A stretch of 38,503 nucleotides of DNA from Conidiobolus incongruus B7586 (taxonomy: Eukaryota), in NCBI GenBank assembly GCA_000697335.1, contig JNEM01012908.1, positions 1-38,503 on the forward strand. Reading direction: 5' to 3'. The position numbers were made by a program, and so were the translations under genes. Shown in pieces: positions 1-12,580 of this stretch. Position 1 is the first letter of the stretch. The number at the start of each line of letters is the position of its first letter. The notes beneath the pieces were generated by a model. It did not search any database and had not been told where the DNA came from. It saw nothing but the letters and a program-made list of their open reading frames with translations.

Positions 1-2873
1 GGTTATATTAGATTTTGTTTTACTTATTAAATGAAGATTTATAAAACTAACTTTATATCTTTAAATTATTCAAATTATAATTTTTTTAATATAAATAATT
101 TATTATTTTAATTATTATTATATATTTATTCGAGCTAATCAAACTAGATATTTTACTTATTATTAATATTATAAGCAAAAAATATTTATAATAAAAAAAT
201 AAAAATATATAATCAAGCAATAGAATATTAAGATAATTTTTATATTTAAATCAATATTTTCAAATTAATTTATAATATAAAATTATAAAATAGTTTTGAG
301 AAAATTATGACCTTAATAAGTGTTTTGTCAAATATAAATTATTAATATAATTTGGGTAATTATTAGGGTATTTTATAAATAACAATAGGTGTATATTATA
401 TATGAATTTGATAATATAGTAAATAAAAATTAATTATTATTTATTATAAAGAAATGAAATATAATAAGTATAATTAAATCTAATTTAATTTTATATTTTT
501 AATCAAAATTACTTTTTTATTAAAATAATTTTGAATATATATTTATAATATGAAAATATTATTTTTGTTATATTTACTATATATAATTAATTTATCAAAA
601 TAAACAATAAGTTTGAAAAATTAAATATTAAAAAATTGCCTTTTTTTCTTAACTAATAAATTTTATTAAATAGATATTATGAAATTAAATTTATTATTTA
701 TGAATAACTTCAAAAACATTCCTTTATATTGAGTTGAATATCAGTATAATGATCATCAGTAAAATATTCTTAAATAAATATAATCTATAATAAAATATTC
801 ATATTATTTTATTGTAAAATATATGAATAAGACTTGAAATGCCTTATACTTATCAATAGTTATATTTTGACTAAAAGTAAAATATAAAAAATAAGAAGGT
901 TAATAAGGTTAGATTAAATATAAACATTCTGAATAAAACTCAAATATCAGAACTGGAATAATAAATATACTAAAGTGTCAAATATAAAATAGATATAAAC
1001 TTTAATGATTTTGTATTATACTTTGTACAAAAATATTATAATTGCAAAATTGAACTATTATAAAAAATAGATATTATTCTTTTAAAAAATTCAATGTTGC
1101 ATCGTTTTTATGTAATAGATTTTAAGCTAATGAAGTTAATAAATTAAATATATAATGATATTGTTTATATTTTTTTAAATACATAATTTAAATTCTAGTG
1201 TATTTAATATAGAAAGAGAGATAATTCACTATGCCAAACATTACCTAAATTTGTCTGCTTTATTTGATTTTAAATGTTGAAATAAATATTTTCAAAATAT
1301 AATATGATACATTATCAATTAATTTATTTGATATGAGTATCAATAACCAAAATTATATCGTCTTAATTTTAAGAATTAATATTCGTTATATATATAATAT
1401 ATGAAGGGGAAATCTATTTTCAGCTTTAAGATATAATATTGACAATATATTAATAAGCTTTTAACAAATGTATTAAATCAATATATAAAGAGGTTAGGAA
1501 ATATATAATTAAATAAAATGATATTTGGCAATTTTATTATGGATCAAATTTAATAATATGTTTTAATCAAATTTCATTAAATTATCAATGGTTAAACTTT
1601 ATTTTATTATAAATATGGTAGTTATAAATTTTTTATATTTAACCTTTGTGAACGTTATAAATTTATATTTAATAGCATATAATTTGAGTTATAGTATTTC
1701 TTAGCTTATATGTTTTTTTTCATTATTTAATATTAATATTACATTAGCCCATGATCCAGTATATAATATTATTTTATATCATATTAAATTGTTTAATATA
1801 TCCAATAATTAAGATTATTACAATATTTATAAAATTTTAAAACTATCACCCCAAGTATTATCATTATATTCCTATATCAAAAAATAAGCTCTATGTTGCG
1901 ATTAATTATGTTGCTGATCAATACAATATGGGATATAGAAGGATCTCCAACTTTAATTATTAAGACTCTAACTTTGTATACCTTTTCTAGATACTGTTTT
2001 ATAAATTATTATTTCCATGGTTTATAAATACTTAAATTGATATTTCCAAAATTGAATTTTTTGGAAAATGATTAATAAAATTACTCTAACTTGATAAATT
2101 GATTTGATTCCTGTTATAGAGAGATATGTTTTTTAATTTATTTTTATATTAAGCATCGGTTAATCTATTAATTAAAAATTATTCCTTTGGATTATACTTT
2201 GTATTAAACGTTATATATTTTCTTTACCCCTTACAATTATTTATGTAAATTAATTTACTTTTCTTTAAATTATGCGTAATTCTTTTTTCGTTAACTTATG
2301 TGTTCATTTCATTATAACTTAACTATTATTATGAAAACTACCATTGTAATACATGACATTTATAAATTTACTTTCACAGATATGACCTATTAATATATTA
2401 AATTTATTAATAATGATACTAAAATCCTTACTCATTATAATATTAATACTAATTTGGAGTCACTTTTATTACCATTATTGTGGTATATCAATATACCTGT
2501 TATTGGTCCAGATAACCAGATGGTCTATTATCCTGACTAATTGCCTTTAATTAACACACATATTAAAGCTGTTTTAGCTACATATGAAATCTTGAATAAT
2601 TCTAATAATCAAAGATTTCAAAAACTCACCAAATCATCCATAAATACATATAAGATTAACATAATAAATACGAATTATTGTAATATTAAATCAAAATCAT
2701 AAACTAATTGTTGATCCCAATAATCTTTTGATAGAAAATGTTTTTAGAAAAATTTCTATTATTTGGAAAAGAATATTAGTTCTAGAATTATTACTGGAAA
2801 TAAGTCAAATCCATAAAGAAATTTAGGACTTTCATACCTGATCAATATTGATCCATTGTCAAGAATATCATTT

Positions 2874-2876
<3 letters not shown>

Positions 2877-2904
<28 letters not shown>
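2877..2904. repeat. (AT)n microsatellite
   Basis: About 14 perfect AT units. Confidence 0.9.
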
Positions 2905-5585
2905 CCACATTCTATTAAATAAGCATATTTATTATAGTCAATTATGATTTCTTAGAATTTCAAGCAATTCGCGACACAAACAGAAAATTTTGAAAATATT
3001 CAAAAATTCTTATATTAAGCTATTAAGTATGTTTTTGGAAATAAATTCAATAAAGGCAAAATATATTTTGAAATATGGATATAGGTCGTTTATCTCCAAA
3101 GATCCTGAGGGGTTCGAAGAAATCCTAATAGGAGTAGTCATTATCTTGTCTCAAAGAGTATAGCTCTCCTTTTTTGTAACTCACAATCGTTATATTTTCT
3201 ATTGATAAGCTAAAGATCATTATTTTAGGATACGATTGCACCTAATCGGTCCAAGTGGATAACAGCTTTTCAGAGATTTATGTTAATTCCAATTTAGTTT
3301 TTAATTGATAAATAATGATTGCAAATATGTTATTTAACTCAAAAATCTAAGCTCCCCCAGTGAGTCTATCAGTATCCATTACTTTTTCTGAGATTTAGAA
3401 AATATTGTTTAGAATGGATTATTTAGTTAGCAATAACATAGTGTAAACACGAGTAATTATGTTTTTATTAATATAAAACTGAATGACTTGGTTATAGAAA
3501 TATCAGGACAAAAATGTATCTGTTGATTAATAAATATTAATACTTTAATATTTGTTGTCCTGTTTTTTATACAAATATTTTATCTTTATAAATTTTTATA
3601 TAATATCAATTATGAGAGTCTGAAGATTTGAAAATTGGCCTTACATAAATTCAAATTTCTATTCTATTATTTATCTATAATATTGTTAATAGCTTTGATT
3701 GATTATTCATTACTTTCAATAATAATATTAACCACGACCCCAAAATTTTAATATTATAATATTTCCAATAGAACATTGGAAATACGCTTAGACGATATTA
3801 TTCAAAAGTATTTGGAAATATGCAACATTTTACTTTAACTTGGTACATTCATCGAGTATCACGATAATATAAAAATTACTATATTAATTTTCGGAGAATC
3901 CATTATAATATTAAAATCTTGATATACATGAATGTATGTGTATTGTGACAGAAAAGATAAATTATTAAGGAAATGAAAATATCATCTTATTGATATATAG
4001 TATTGACACAAAGCTTTTTTCAAAAACGCAATGTTGATTATCTACATATTCATTATAATGATTTTCCTTGTACTTGAATATTTTTTCTTAGTTTACGAAC
4101 TTGAAATATCAAAATGATCATAACCATATTTTTATAAAATATTGTATATATTGAAATGAATATAATAAAAACTATATTAAAATAATAATAAATGATAGCT
4201 GCCTAATACAGAATTAAGATAAAAAATTTCACATTAATATAAATTTGGTTAAATAATTTGACAAAGTTGATGATCTTTAGAACGACATACTAATCTAAAA
4301 TCTTAAAGTTAGATAAAGATTTTCAAAAGAAATGAGTGACTGTTATTTTGATCAGCTTAAATTAATGGTAATTAGGATAATTTTTGTATAATTCAATTAC
4401 TTGAATGTTTGTAACTTGTATATTTTTTATTACTTGTAATTATTTTTACCTGCATTAGTGTTTTGATCTTCGTTAAATTTCAGTTAATAATCTGAGTGAT
4501 TAGTTTAAAATATATTTACATGAATATTTGATTTGTCTAAAATTTAATAATGTAAAACTTTTAAATTTATACTATTGTTAACAATAATATTTGAATATTA
4601 ATAATATAAGAATTCATTCATGTATTCATCTTTATAAAGTTATAATTCAAGATATTTAATTATTATAAATTTGTGAAAAAAATATTGAACATGGATTAAA
4701 ATACTTGTTTATCAATCAATACCAAATATTGGATTAAAAATTACAAAATCTAGAATAATATTATTTCACTTGCATTGATCATAAATTACTCCTTTATTTA
4801 TCTAAATATCTAATATAGTCTTGAAGCAAAGTTAATTTTAATATTAATATAAAACCAATTTTCCAGTTTTATAAAGGTCAATCATTATATTTGTGTTATA
4901 AAGGGATAATATTTAAATGAAATTTTAATAAAACAACAAAATATGAAATATAACAAATCTGAATATATCTAATTTTAAATAATCAACTTATTAATTATTA
5001 TATTAGATTAATAAAAAATTGCCACCTAAGACCAAAAGATTAATGAATAATATTTTACTGACAAATTTTGATATTTATTTGAAAATGTTCTAATTTTAGT
5101 AAATTTGATAATCAAATTATTTTATTAACTTTAGTAATAAAAGAGGAATATTGATAAAATTTTGAATAAAGATTGTTTTTGATTAGATTGAATAGGTGGT
5201 TATTCATACAAATAAATATAAATAAAATAATTGGATAATAATAGATCAAAATTGGAATTTCTAGGATTTTAATCATCGCATTATTGAATCAATATTTCCG
5301 ATTATCAAATTAAATTAATCTATTTTAACCTAACTCCAAACTAGTAAAAAAATTAGCTGTTTATCTTGTCTATAATTATCTGCCTTATTTGAATTCCTAA
5401 ATTAAGTTTCATTCAAATTCAAGAGAATCTCATCTAATCGAACTCATATCAAGATTCACTCGCATTCAGTTAATTAAATCATAAGCTCTATTCATAACTA
5501 ATAGTCGTCAATAACTGGTATCTTAAACTGTAAACTGATTTTGGTATTTTTATTCATTAATTAATCAAATTTTTAAATAATAATA

Positions 5586-6494
5586 TTAAATTAAACCTGT
5601 AAAGAATGAGTCTAGCTGTTTTCTATCTTCGGGAGTGTACTTCGTATTCCTATCTGAGCTTCCTTTTGGGTATTTGTTTCCTAACTGAGGAAGTGTAGAG
5701 TCTGGTAAATTGGGATGAAGAGGTGGGAATATGCTCGTTGTAATGGGTGGTGGTAGAATAGGCTCATGATGATACGATGTTGTTGAAGTAGAATGCGTTG
5801 AAAAAGCATCTGAGCTTGTACAAGCTTTAGGTGTCCACATTTTAATGACCATGGGAGAGGGTTGTTTTTCTTCCATTTGAAATGGAGTGAGAATAACCTG
5901 TCCCGCTTTGGTTCCTAATGGATTATAATTTGTTGATGAATACTTCAAAGAGGGGGAGCTCTTGCTTAGAGGTGGATAAGATTTGGAATATGGTGTACTG
6001 CTACTACTCCTTTTGGATTGTAGTGTAGTGGATTTAAAGTAGTAGTTTTTAGGAATTTCAATCCAATTGATCCTTGTATCCTGACTGGGTCTAATTAATG
6101 TATTATTGTTAATATCACTTTGTAATAAATAATTAATAAGGTGATATTTAACACCAGCGCTTGTAACCACAGAAACAGATCGCTTAATTAATAAATTTGA
6201 GTTATCAATAGTATTGATATTATCTTGCCTCCGCGGACATTCGTTATAGGTGAGAAAATGACCATCGAACCTTGAAGCGGACCAATATTTTCCATCTGTC
6301 CATCGCTGCATACCTTGGGGCTTCTCTTCCCATATGAATACTGAGCCTGAACGTATGGCAGCTCTCTCTTGATGATTTAATCTAGTTTTAATCAGTCGTA
6401 GACTGCCTCTTCTAACACACTCCAACAATATTAATACATCATTTGGTTCAGCTAAATAGCCAAAGTAAGTTTCGATAGATTCAGACTGATTCAT
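5586..6494 (-). CDS. Gti1/Pac2 (WOPR-domain) family transcription factor, intronless, ~302 aa
   Basis: WOPR motifs are present: ETYFGYL..PNDVLILLECVRRG, RLNHQERAAIRSGSVFIWEE, GMQRWTDGKYWSASR..GHFLTY, LIKRSVSV and YHLINY, followed by a Ser/Pro/Thr-rich tail. The first ATG is at 6494; the ORF track's start at 6536 is a TTG. Confidence 0.93.
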   Translation of the reverse strand: MNQSESIETYFGYLAEPNDVLILLECVRRGSLRLIKTRLNHQERAAIRSGSVFIWEEKPQGMQRWTDGKYWSASRFDGHFLTYNECPRRQDNINTIDNSNLLIKRSVSVVTSAGVKYHLINYLLQSDINNNTLIRPSQDTRINWIEIPKNYYFKSTTLQSKRSSSSTPYSKSYPPLSKSSPSLKYSSTNYNPLGTKAGQVILTPFQMEEKQPSPMVIKMWTPKACTSSDAFSTHSTSTTSYHHEPILPPPITTSIFPPLHPNLPDSTLPQLGNKYPKGSSDRNTKYTPEDRKQLDSFFTGLI

Positions 6495-6570
6495 CCCGTG
6501 TATTAAGTATAATAATAGAAAAAAATATGGAATCAAAAATGCAAAAGATTATTCACTCAATATAACACCA

Positions 6571-6586
6571 ACCAATCAGCCAATCG
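6571..6586. promoter_or_regulatory. Tandem CCAAT boxes upstream of the Gti1/Pac2 gene
   Basis: ACCAATCAGCCAATCG carries two NF-Y/Hap-type CCAATC motifs ~80-90 nt upstream of the ATG. Function is inferred only. Confidence 0.45.
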
Positions 6587-7864
6587 AAAAGAAATAATTG
6601 ATTCAGCTAATTTAGTCAGGATACGATGATATTTATAGTCTCAATAAGATGATCAAATATTCAATTCAAATTAACGTAAAGCAGTTATTAATTAAACAAA
6701 ATGAAAATATTAAGGGAAAATTACTTGAATATTAGTTTACCCCAATCTTAATTTATCAATTAATTAGTAAATCTTTTTAAAATAGGTAACCCATTCAATC
6801 CAAACGTTTCAATTACCATTAATTGCACTTTCCTTATAAGGCATGCAATTAACAACTATAATTTATTCAAAATGGTTAGTTCATATAAATAAATAAGTTC
6901 GAGCTTGCTATTTCATTGGCTGTAACTTAATTCACGGGCGGATTTTCGTCCCAAGGTAATTTAGCTGGTAGAGAGCTTTATTAATCCCAAAGACGACTAA
7001 TTCTTTGCTTCCAGTTATGCAGAATACATATCTTGCGATTTCTGGCTATATCTTGATATTTTATGATAAACTTTAGTTAGTAACCAGAATTTGGATAATC
7101 ACAATGTTAATAGAATTTGAGGGGGATCAGGCTATGTTACATATTCATTAAATATTAAATATTTTAAGTAGATATATTATACAACCAGTTGGTGATATAA
7201 AACGAGGCGTATCACTGATTCATAATATTTATCCTACTTCACTCATAAGGAAGTGGAATTAAAAGGATAATTGAATAAGTATTACATTTTGCTTTATTAT
7301 TTGGTCAATAATCAGTTTTTGATATTTTCTAAGGGGACAAGTACTAATTCAAAATTATCATGATAAAATGATTTCAGCAGAACCAATAAAATCAGTAGCT
7401 TTATTTTACTCCCTACACATTTTATCTAGTTTTGGCCAAGGTTAAGAAGGGGGCTTAATATTCACCTGAAATGAGCAAACTAAGTATTCAATTAGATTAG
7501 TATAATGACAATAGCTCACACTAAATTAATTTAAATCAATTCGATCGAAGTATGTGAGATCTATTCACACTCAAATTGTCTACAATATTCAATTCACCTT
7601 TAAATTCATTTTTAGCATTTAAATTTAATGAAAATCTTTATCTATTAATGAAATGACCATGTGCTTATAGGCTGCTATTAAAGCTGCTTAATCAGCCTAT
7701 GATGAACCTCATAATATATTTTCATAATCTTTGATACTACGCCAATATTTTTGACATGTAAGCATTAAAATATTAGAGCTATTTTTCTTCGATTTAACAC
7801 TCTGTTCATTGCGCTTATAAGTTTACTGATCAACGATTTCGAATATGTAATTAATCAATCTAAT

Positions 7865-7886
7865 TTTGCCACTAATATGTGGCAAA
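7865..7886. repeat. 8-bp perfect inverted repeat TTTGCCAC-N6-GTGGCAAA
   Basis: Seen directly; each arm is a PACE-like motif. Confidence 0.7.
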
Positions 7887-10800
7887 TAAACCAACCGAGA
7901 TTTTATATTAATTTGAAACATTATATTCTCATATATTCTATTTTGTATATCACTTATATTTTATAGAATTATTAATAATATAATACACTCAATATATTTT
8001 TAAATGAATACTTTAATTTATTAAAATAAACCCATAATCATATAATATATGTTTTTAAAATATATTAAACTAATTGTTCATTAATATTAAGGAATTTGAC
8101 AAAATAATCAGAGTCTGTATCAACATTTATCTGAATGATAAAACAAAAAGATAATAATGATTAGTATGATACAGAACATACTTCAATATATAGATTATTC
8201 AACATTATTTAATATGTATATGATTATATTTTAAATTAATTAAGTTCCATTCAGTTATTTAATATTATTTCATTTTGGGATCGATTACACTAATACAGAT
8301 TTTTTTTCTCAAAATTGCATGGTTTTAAACAATAGGAGAAAAAGTATAGACAATATTAGGTTTAAAAAATTATAGTTTTTTATGTTTGAAATATATTTGC
8401 AAATAAATAGGGAAAGATTGACATAATTTGAGTATGATATAGAATAAAATGAATACTGGTAAGGTTAAATAATATCTTACTTTATTTCCAAAGAATTATC
8501 AGAATTACTAACATCTGTATTAAAAAATCAATTCAAAGGGCCCTTAAAAATATATAAATTAAAAATATATAATAAAAATCATAATATTTGTATTTTTATT
8601 TATACAGATTACCTTTTGCCACAATTATAAATATATACCTTAAACTAAATTTAAAATAGTTCAAATATGAATGAGAATTAATTGCAATTGGTTTTAAATT
8701 CAATACATTCAATTATAGCACCCAAGTTATTATAATAAATATTTATTAAATTAAAGGAAGTTGCTATATTATCGATATATATCTTCGATGAATCAAGTTA
8801 TACTTTATTTGCAAATTTTGCCACCTGACTCCAAGTTAAACATTTATAAATTTTGTATTAGGCTCACTTGAAAATTCAATCCTTTTTACCCCTCTCCCTA
8901 TCACATAATTAAAGGGTCAACGATAACTCAATAATATATCCTAGGAAACCTGAGCTCAATTCAAAATAAACATTTAAATAAACTACAATCTATAATTTTG
9001 AGATAAATATCATTTATGAATATGAGAAATATTTGTTCCAATATCAAATATTAATTATTAACCTTATTTGTATTTTCCATTAGTTATAAAATTTTTAGGG
9101 TGTAATCACACAATGCAATTCATTACATTTAACAATACCAAGCACCAAGAGTTTTATTATACTAAATATGGCTAATACAATCAATTAATACATTTGGTTA
9201 ACTCGTTTTATTCCTTTTCAACCTTTAATAATTGTATGGCATAATATCATCAACACCACTACTAGTTTGAAAGGTCAAACTGAAATAATATTCAATAATA
9301 CTATTCAGGGTACAAATTAATTTACCCGTTAGAAATAAAATATTTTTATGGAATAATTATTATTGATTTTTGGATGAATTAAAATATTAAAATTAATATA
9401 ATAGGATAATGATTAATTTATAAAAATACAATTTTGTTTTATTAAATATAGTAATTTTCATTAGCGAAATATTATATTAAAAATAGTATTGTAACACTCA
9501 TTTATTTAATTCTATTGTTTATTATTTAACACTTTAGATAAAAAAGGAAATTCTTAATTTCAAAATAACAAGATTCTAGACTGTATTTAAGTTCTAAAAT
9601 ATTTTTGACCAATCGATTGAAAAGGTGATAGATATATATTAAAGAAAAATATCAGTTAAAATAAAGATATTCGCAACTCTAGTGTGCTTTGAAGTCAAGC
9701 GATCCAGGTTCAATTTTAAATATAAGAAAATTACCAATTTATTATGAAAAATACGGTATTTCTATTTAAATACAAAATTAATTTTTTCAAATTTAAAAAT
9801 AAATAACTAGAAAAGACACTTTAGAAATAATTTAAGCAAATCAAATTAAATATGTATATATATTTACCTACCTATAATTATATAAAAAATTAATAAAGAT
9901 TTAAAATATTTTCGTATTAATATTGTTCTACAAATTATTTTAAATTTTCGGATAAATTTGACCAATATTTATTTGAGCTTTGCAAAATTAATCGAGATAA
10001 ATTTATATTGAATATAAATTATTATTTGGTGGCAATAATTCCAAAGCATATTCATATTTTCTTTAAATTTATTAGTTTATTGTTTTAATATTTTTTTTAG
10101 GATTATAAAAATTAATAAAATATTATATTTTTTAATAAAAAATTAACAATTTTTTAAATTTTTAATTAGCTATAACTATTGACATTCAATCGAATGTAGA
10201 TGATAGAAGATCGAATATGTAAAATTTGATAACTTGATTCGAAAATTCAGAATAGAGCTTTAGAATTAATGATATATATGGCTTGTTTTAGAAAGATTAT
10301 ATTAAAGGTTAAAGGGAGAAGTTTAATGAGAGTAAGATAATTGATTTAAAATAATATGTGATCTGATAAATTAGGCATATTTTGGTTTCCAATATTCGAT
10401 ATTACTTGATTAAGCGATCAATCAAACAAAATATATTTTCCAAATATTTAAATAACATTAGGATTAAGGATTTTGAACTCAATAAATAAAGATATTATTA
10501 CAATACTTGTAATTTTTATAATTTATTATTTACGTTGATTAATATTTAAAATACAGTCCAATATTAGCTAAACTTTTGATTGTTTAACTCCTGCTACAAA
10601 CTCTTTTCATAATTGGGAATTATTTGAAACATAGATTGTGAACTAGTGAAAAAATGTGATTTTTTTACATACTTTCTTTAAGTATACAAGTATATGTATG
10701 GAAAGAAAATAAACATTTAATTACACTTGCCAAAAGATTTAGACTTCTCTGTAAAACTTAAAAATTTTGCTATATGGATTATCTCGCTATTGCCCTTACA

Positions 10801-11039
10801 GTTTGCTTCAGAAAATTGACAAACTCCACTATTAAATTTACTTGATACTACGTTTATTTTATAGGTTTTTTCTTTGTCAACATTAATACAATTTTGCTTC
10901 TGACTGTTTACACTTGCAATAAAGGTTGCAATTATCTAAAAAATTATAGTCTTTGCATTCATTTTATAAAGCCTTAAAAATTACTAAATTATTAATGACA
11001 CCCACTATAGTAGGATAAAAAAGTACTAGTGAAAAGATT

Positions 11040-11048
11040 AGCCAATCA
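11040..11048 (+). promoter_or_regulatory. CCAAT box upstream of SR gene A
   Basis: AGCCAATCA lies ~115 nt upstream of ATG 11161 and overlaps a motif shared with the paralogue's upstream region. Confidence 0.45.
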
Positions 11049-11160
11049 CAGTCAATAATCGTGGATATTGGATTCTATTATGGGATGATGATTAACATTA
11101 TTCTATTACTTCATCAAATTCGTATTACTAATTTTACTTTTTTTAACTCAATACAACAAA

Positions 11161-12580
11161 ATGTCTACCAGAGTTTATTTTGGACGTTTAAATCGCGATG
11201 TTCGTGAACGTGATATGGAAAAATTATTGAGAGGTTATGGTGATATCAGAGAAATTAACTTGAAGAATGGTTTTGGTTTTGTTGTAAGTAGTAAAAATTC
11301 TATTGTTTATAATTTCATATATATTATTTTTAATAATATTTATATACTTAATCATAATCTTATGTCATTTTTTAATAGGAATTCCGTGATGTTAAAGATG
11401 CTGAAGATGTAGTTTATGACTTTAATGGACGTGAATTCTTTGGTGACAGGTAATTTTAATTTTTTATTTATATTGTAATATTTTTAACTATTTTATAGAT
11501 TAATTGTCGAACTTGCTCGCGGTCGTCGTGATCGCTATGATGACAGACCTCGTGAACGGTAAATATATAAAAAATTCGATGTTTTAAAATATTGTTACTA
11601 ATATCAAATCTTCACAGCGGTCGTTATGGTCCTCCTACTAGAACTCAATATCGTCTCATTGTCGAAAATTTATCCTCAAGCGTTAGTTGGCAGGTACTTG
11701 GTCTTTTCCCCTCTTTATCTTAATCTTTGTCCATTTTGTTATAATTTATTGGGTATTTACCAGCTTTAAACCGCAACCAAATCCACAGTTATCCAAGGCT
11801 AACAGCTAAGAGAGTGTGGTGTTCTGTTTGACCCATATAGGGGTCTTCCATTTCGGCTTGCTGGACCAATAATTATATCTCTTTATTATCTATGAGTTTT
11901 TCAAATACCCAATCCATATTTGGCTTTGACCACTTTGGACATTTTTTTGTTTGCAATTATCCATGTTTGAACGGTTCCTAATGTCTGTCTACTATTTCCA
12001 GGATCTTAAAGACCATATGCGTAAAGCTGGTGAAGTCACCTTCGCTGATTGCCACAAATACCGTGAAGGAGAAGGGTATGATTAAATTATGCTCAAAATT
12101 AATGGATATTAATATTCAAAATGTATAGTGTTGTTGAATTCGCTACTCGCGATGGCTTAAATGAAGCCCTTAAGATGCTTGATGATACTGAACTTCGTGG
12201 TCGTCGTATCATCCTTCGCGCTGTAAGATTTAATTTTATATGTAATCAACTATATTCTAATGTGTGTTTAGGATGAATCATCTCGTGGTCGTCGTTATGA
12301 TTCTCGTTCTCCTCGTCGTCGTGATTCTCGTTCTCCTCGTCGTAGAGACTCTCGCTCTCCCGTTCGTCGTCATCGCTCTTACTCTCGTTCTCGTTCTCCT
12401 CGTCGTGATCGTGGTGACCGCGGTGATCGTGATGACGAAGATAGACATCGCTCTCGCTCTCCAATCCACGACGATCGTCACAATGATGATCATCAAGATG
12501 GTGATCGTTCCCCTCGTCGTGACCAAGCTTTCTCTCCTCGCGATGGTCGCAACACAGATCCTGCTGACGGTCAAGAGTAA
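11161..12580 (+). CDS. SR splicing factor, SRSF4/5/6 (Srp2)-like, RRM + pseudo-RRM + RS domain; paralogue A, 7 exons, 268 aa
   Basis: Exons 11161-11283, 11379-11449, 11499-11558, 11618-11693, 12002-12075, 12129-12222 and 12272-12580 total 807 nt with GT-AG introns. Motifs: RVYFGRL (RNP2), KNGFGFVEF (RNP1), [41 protein letters not shown] (pseudo-RRM signature) and RSP/RD repeats. Confidence 0.95.
11694..12001 (+). promoter_or_regulatory. Conserved 308-nt intron 4 of SR gene A; candidate unproductive-splicing regulatory element
   Basis: It is far longer and more GC-rich than the other introns. Its first 30 nt are identical, and its last 29 nt 28/29 identical, to the paralogous intron at 16026-16249, with conserved internal blocks. 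Confidence 0.75.

Noticed and set aside
9670..9725. tRNA-like fragment (GCGATCCAGGTTCAATT)
   Set aside because: Only a T-loop-like motif is present; no T-stem closure, D-arm or acceptor stem can be formed.
11694..12001. Intron-hosted snoRNA or hammerhead ribozyme as the explanation for the conservation
   Set aside because: I found no RUGAUGA/CUGA boxes, no hairpin-ANANNA-hairpin-ACA layout shared by both copies, and no CUGANGA/GAAA core. Conservation also extends right up to the splice sites.
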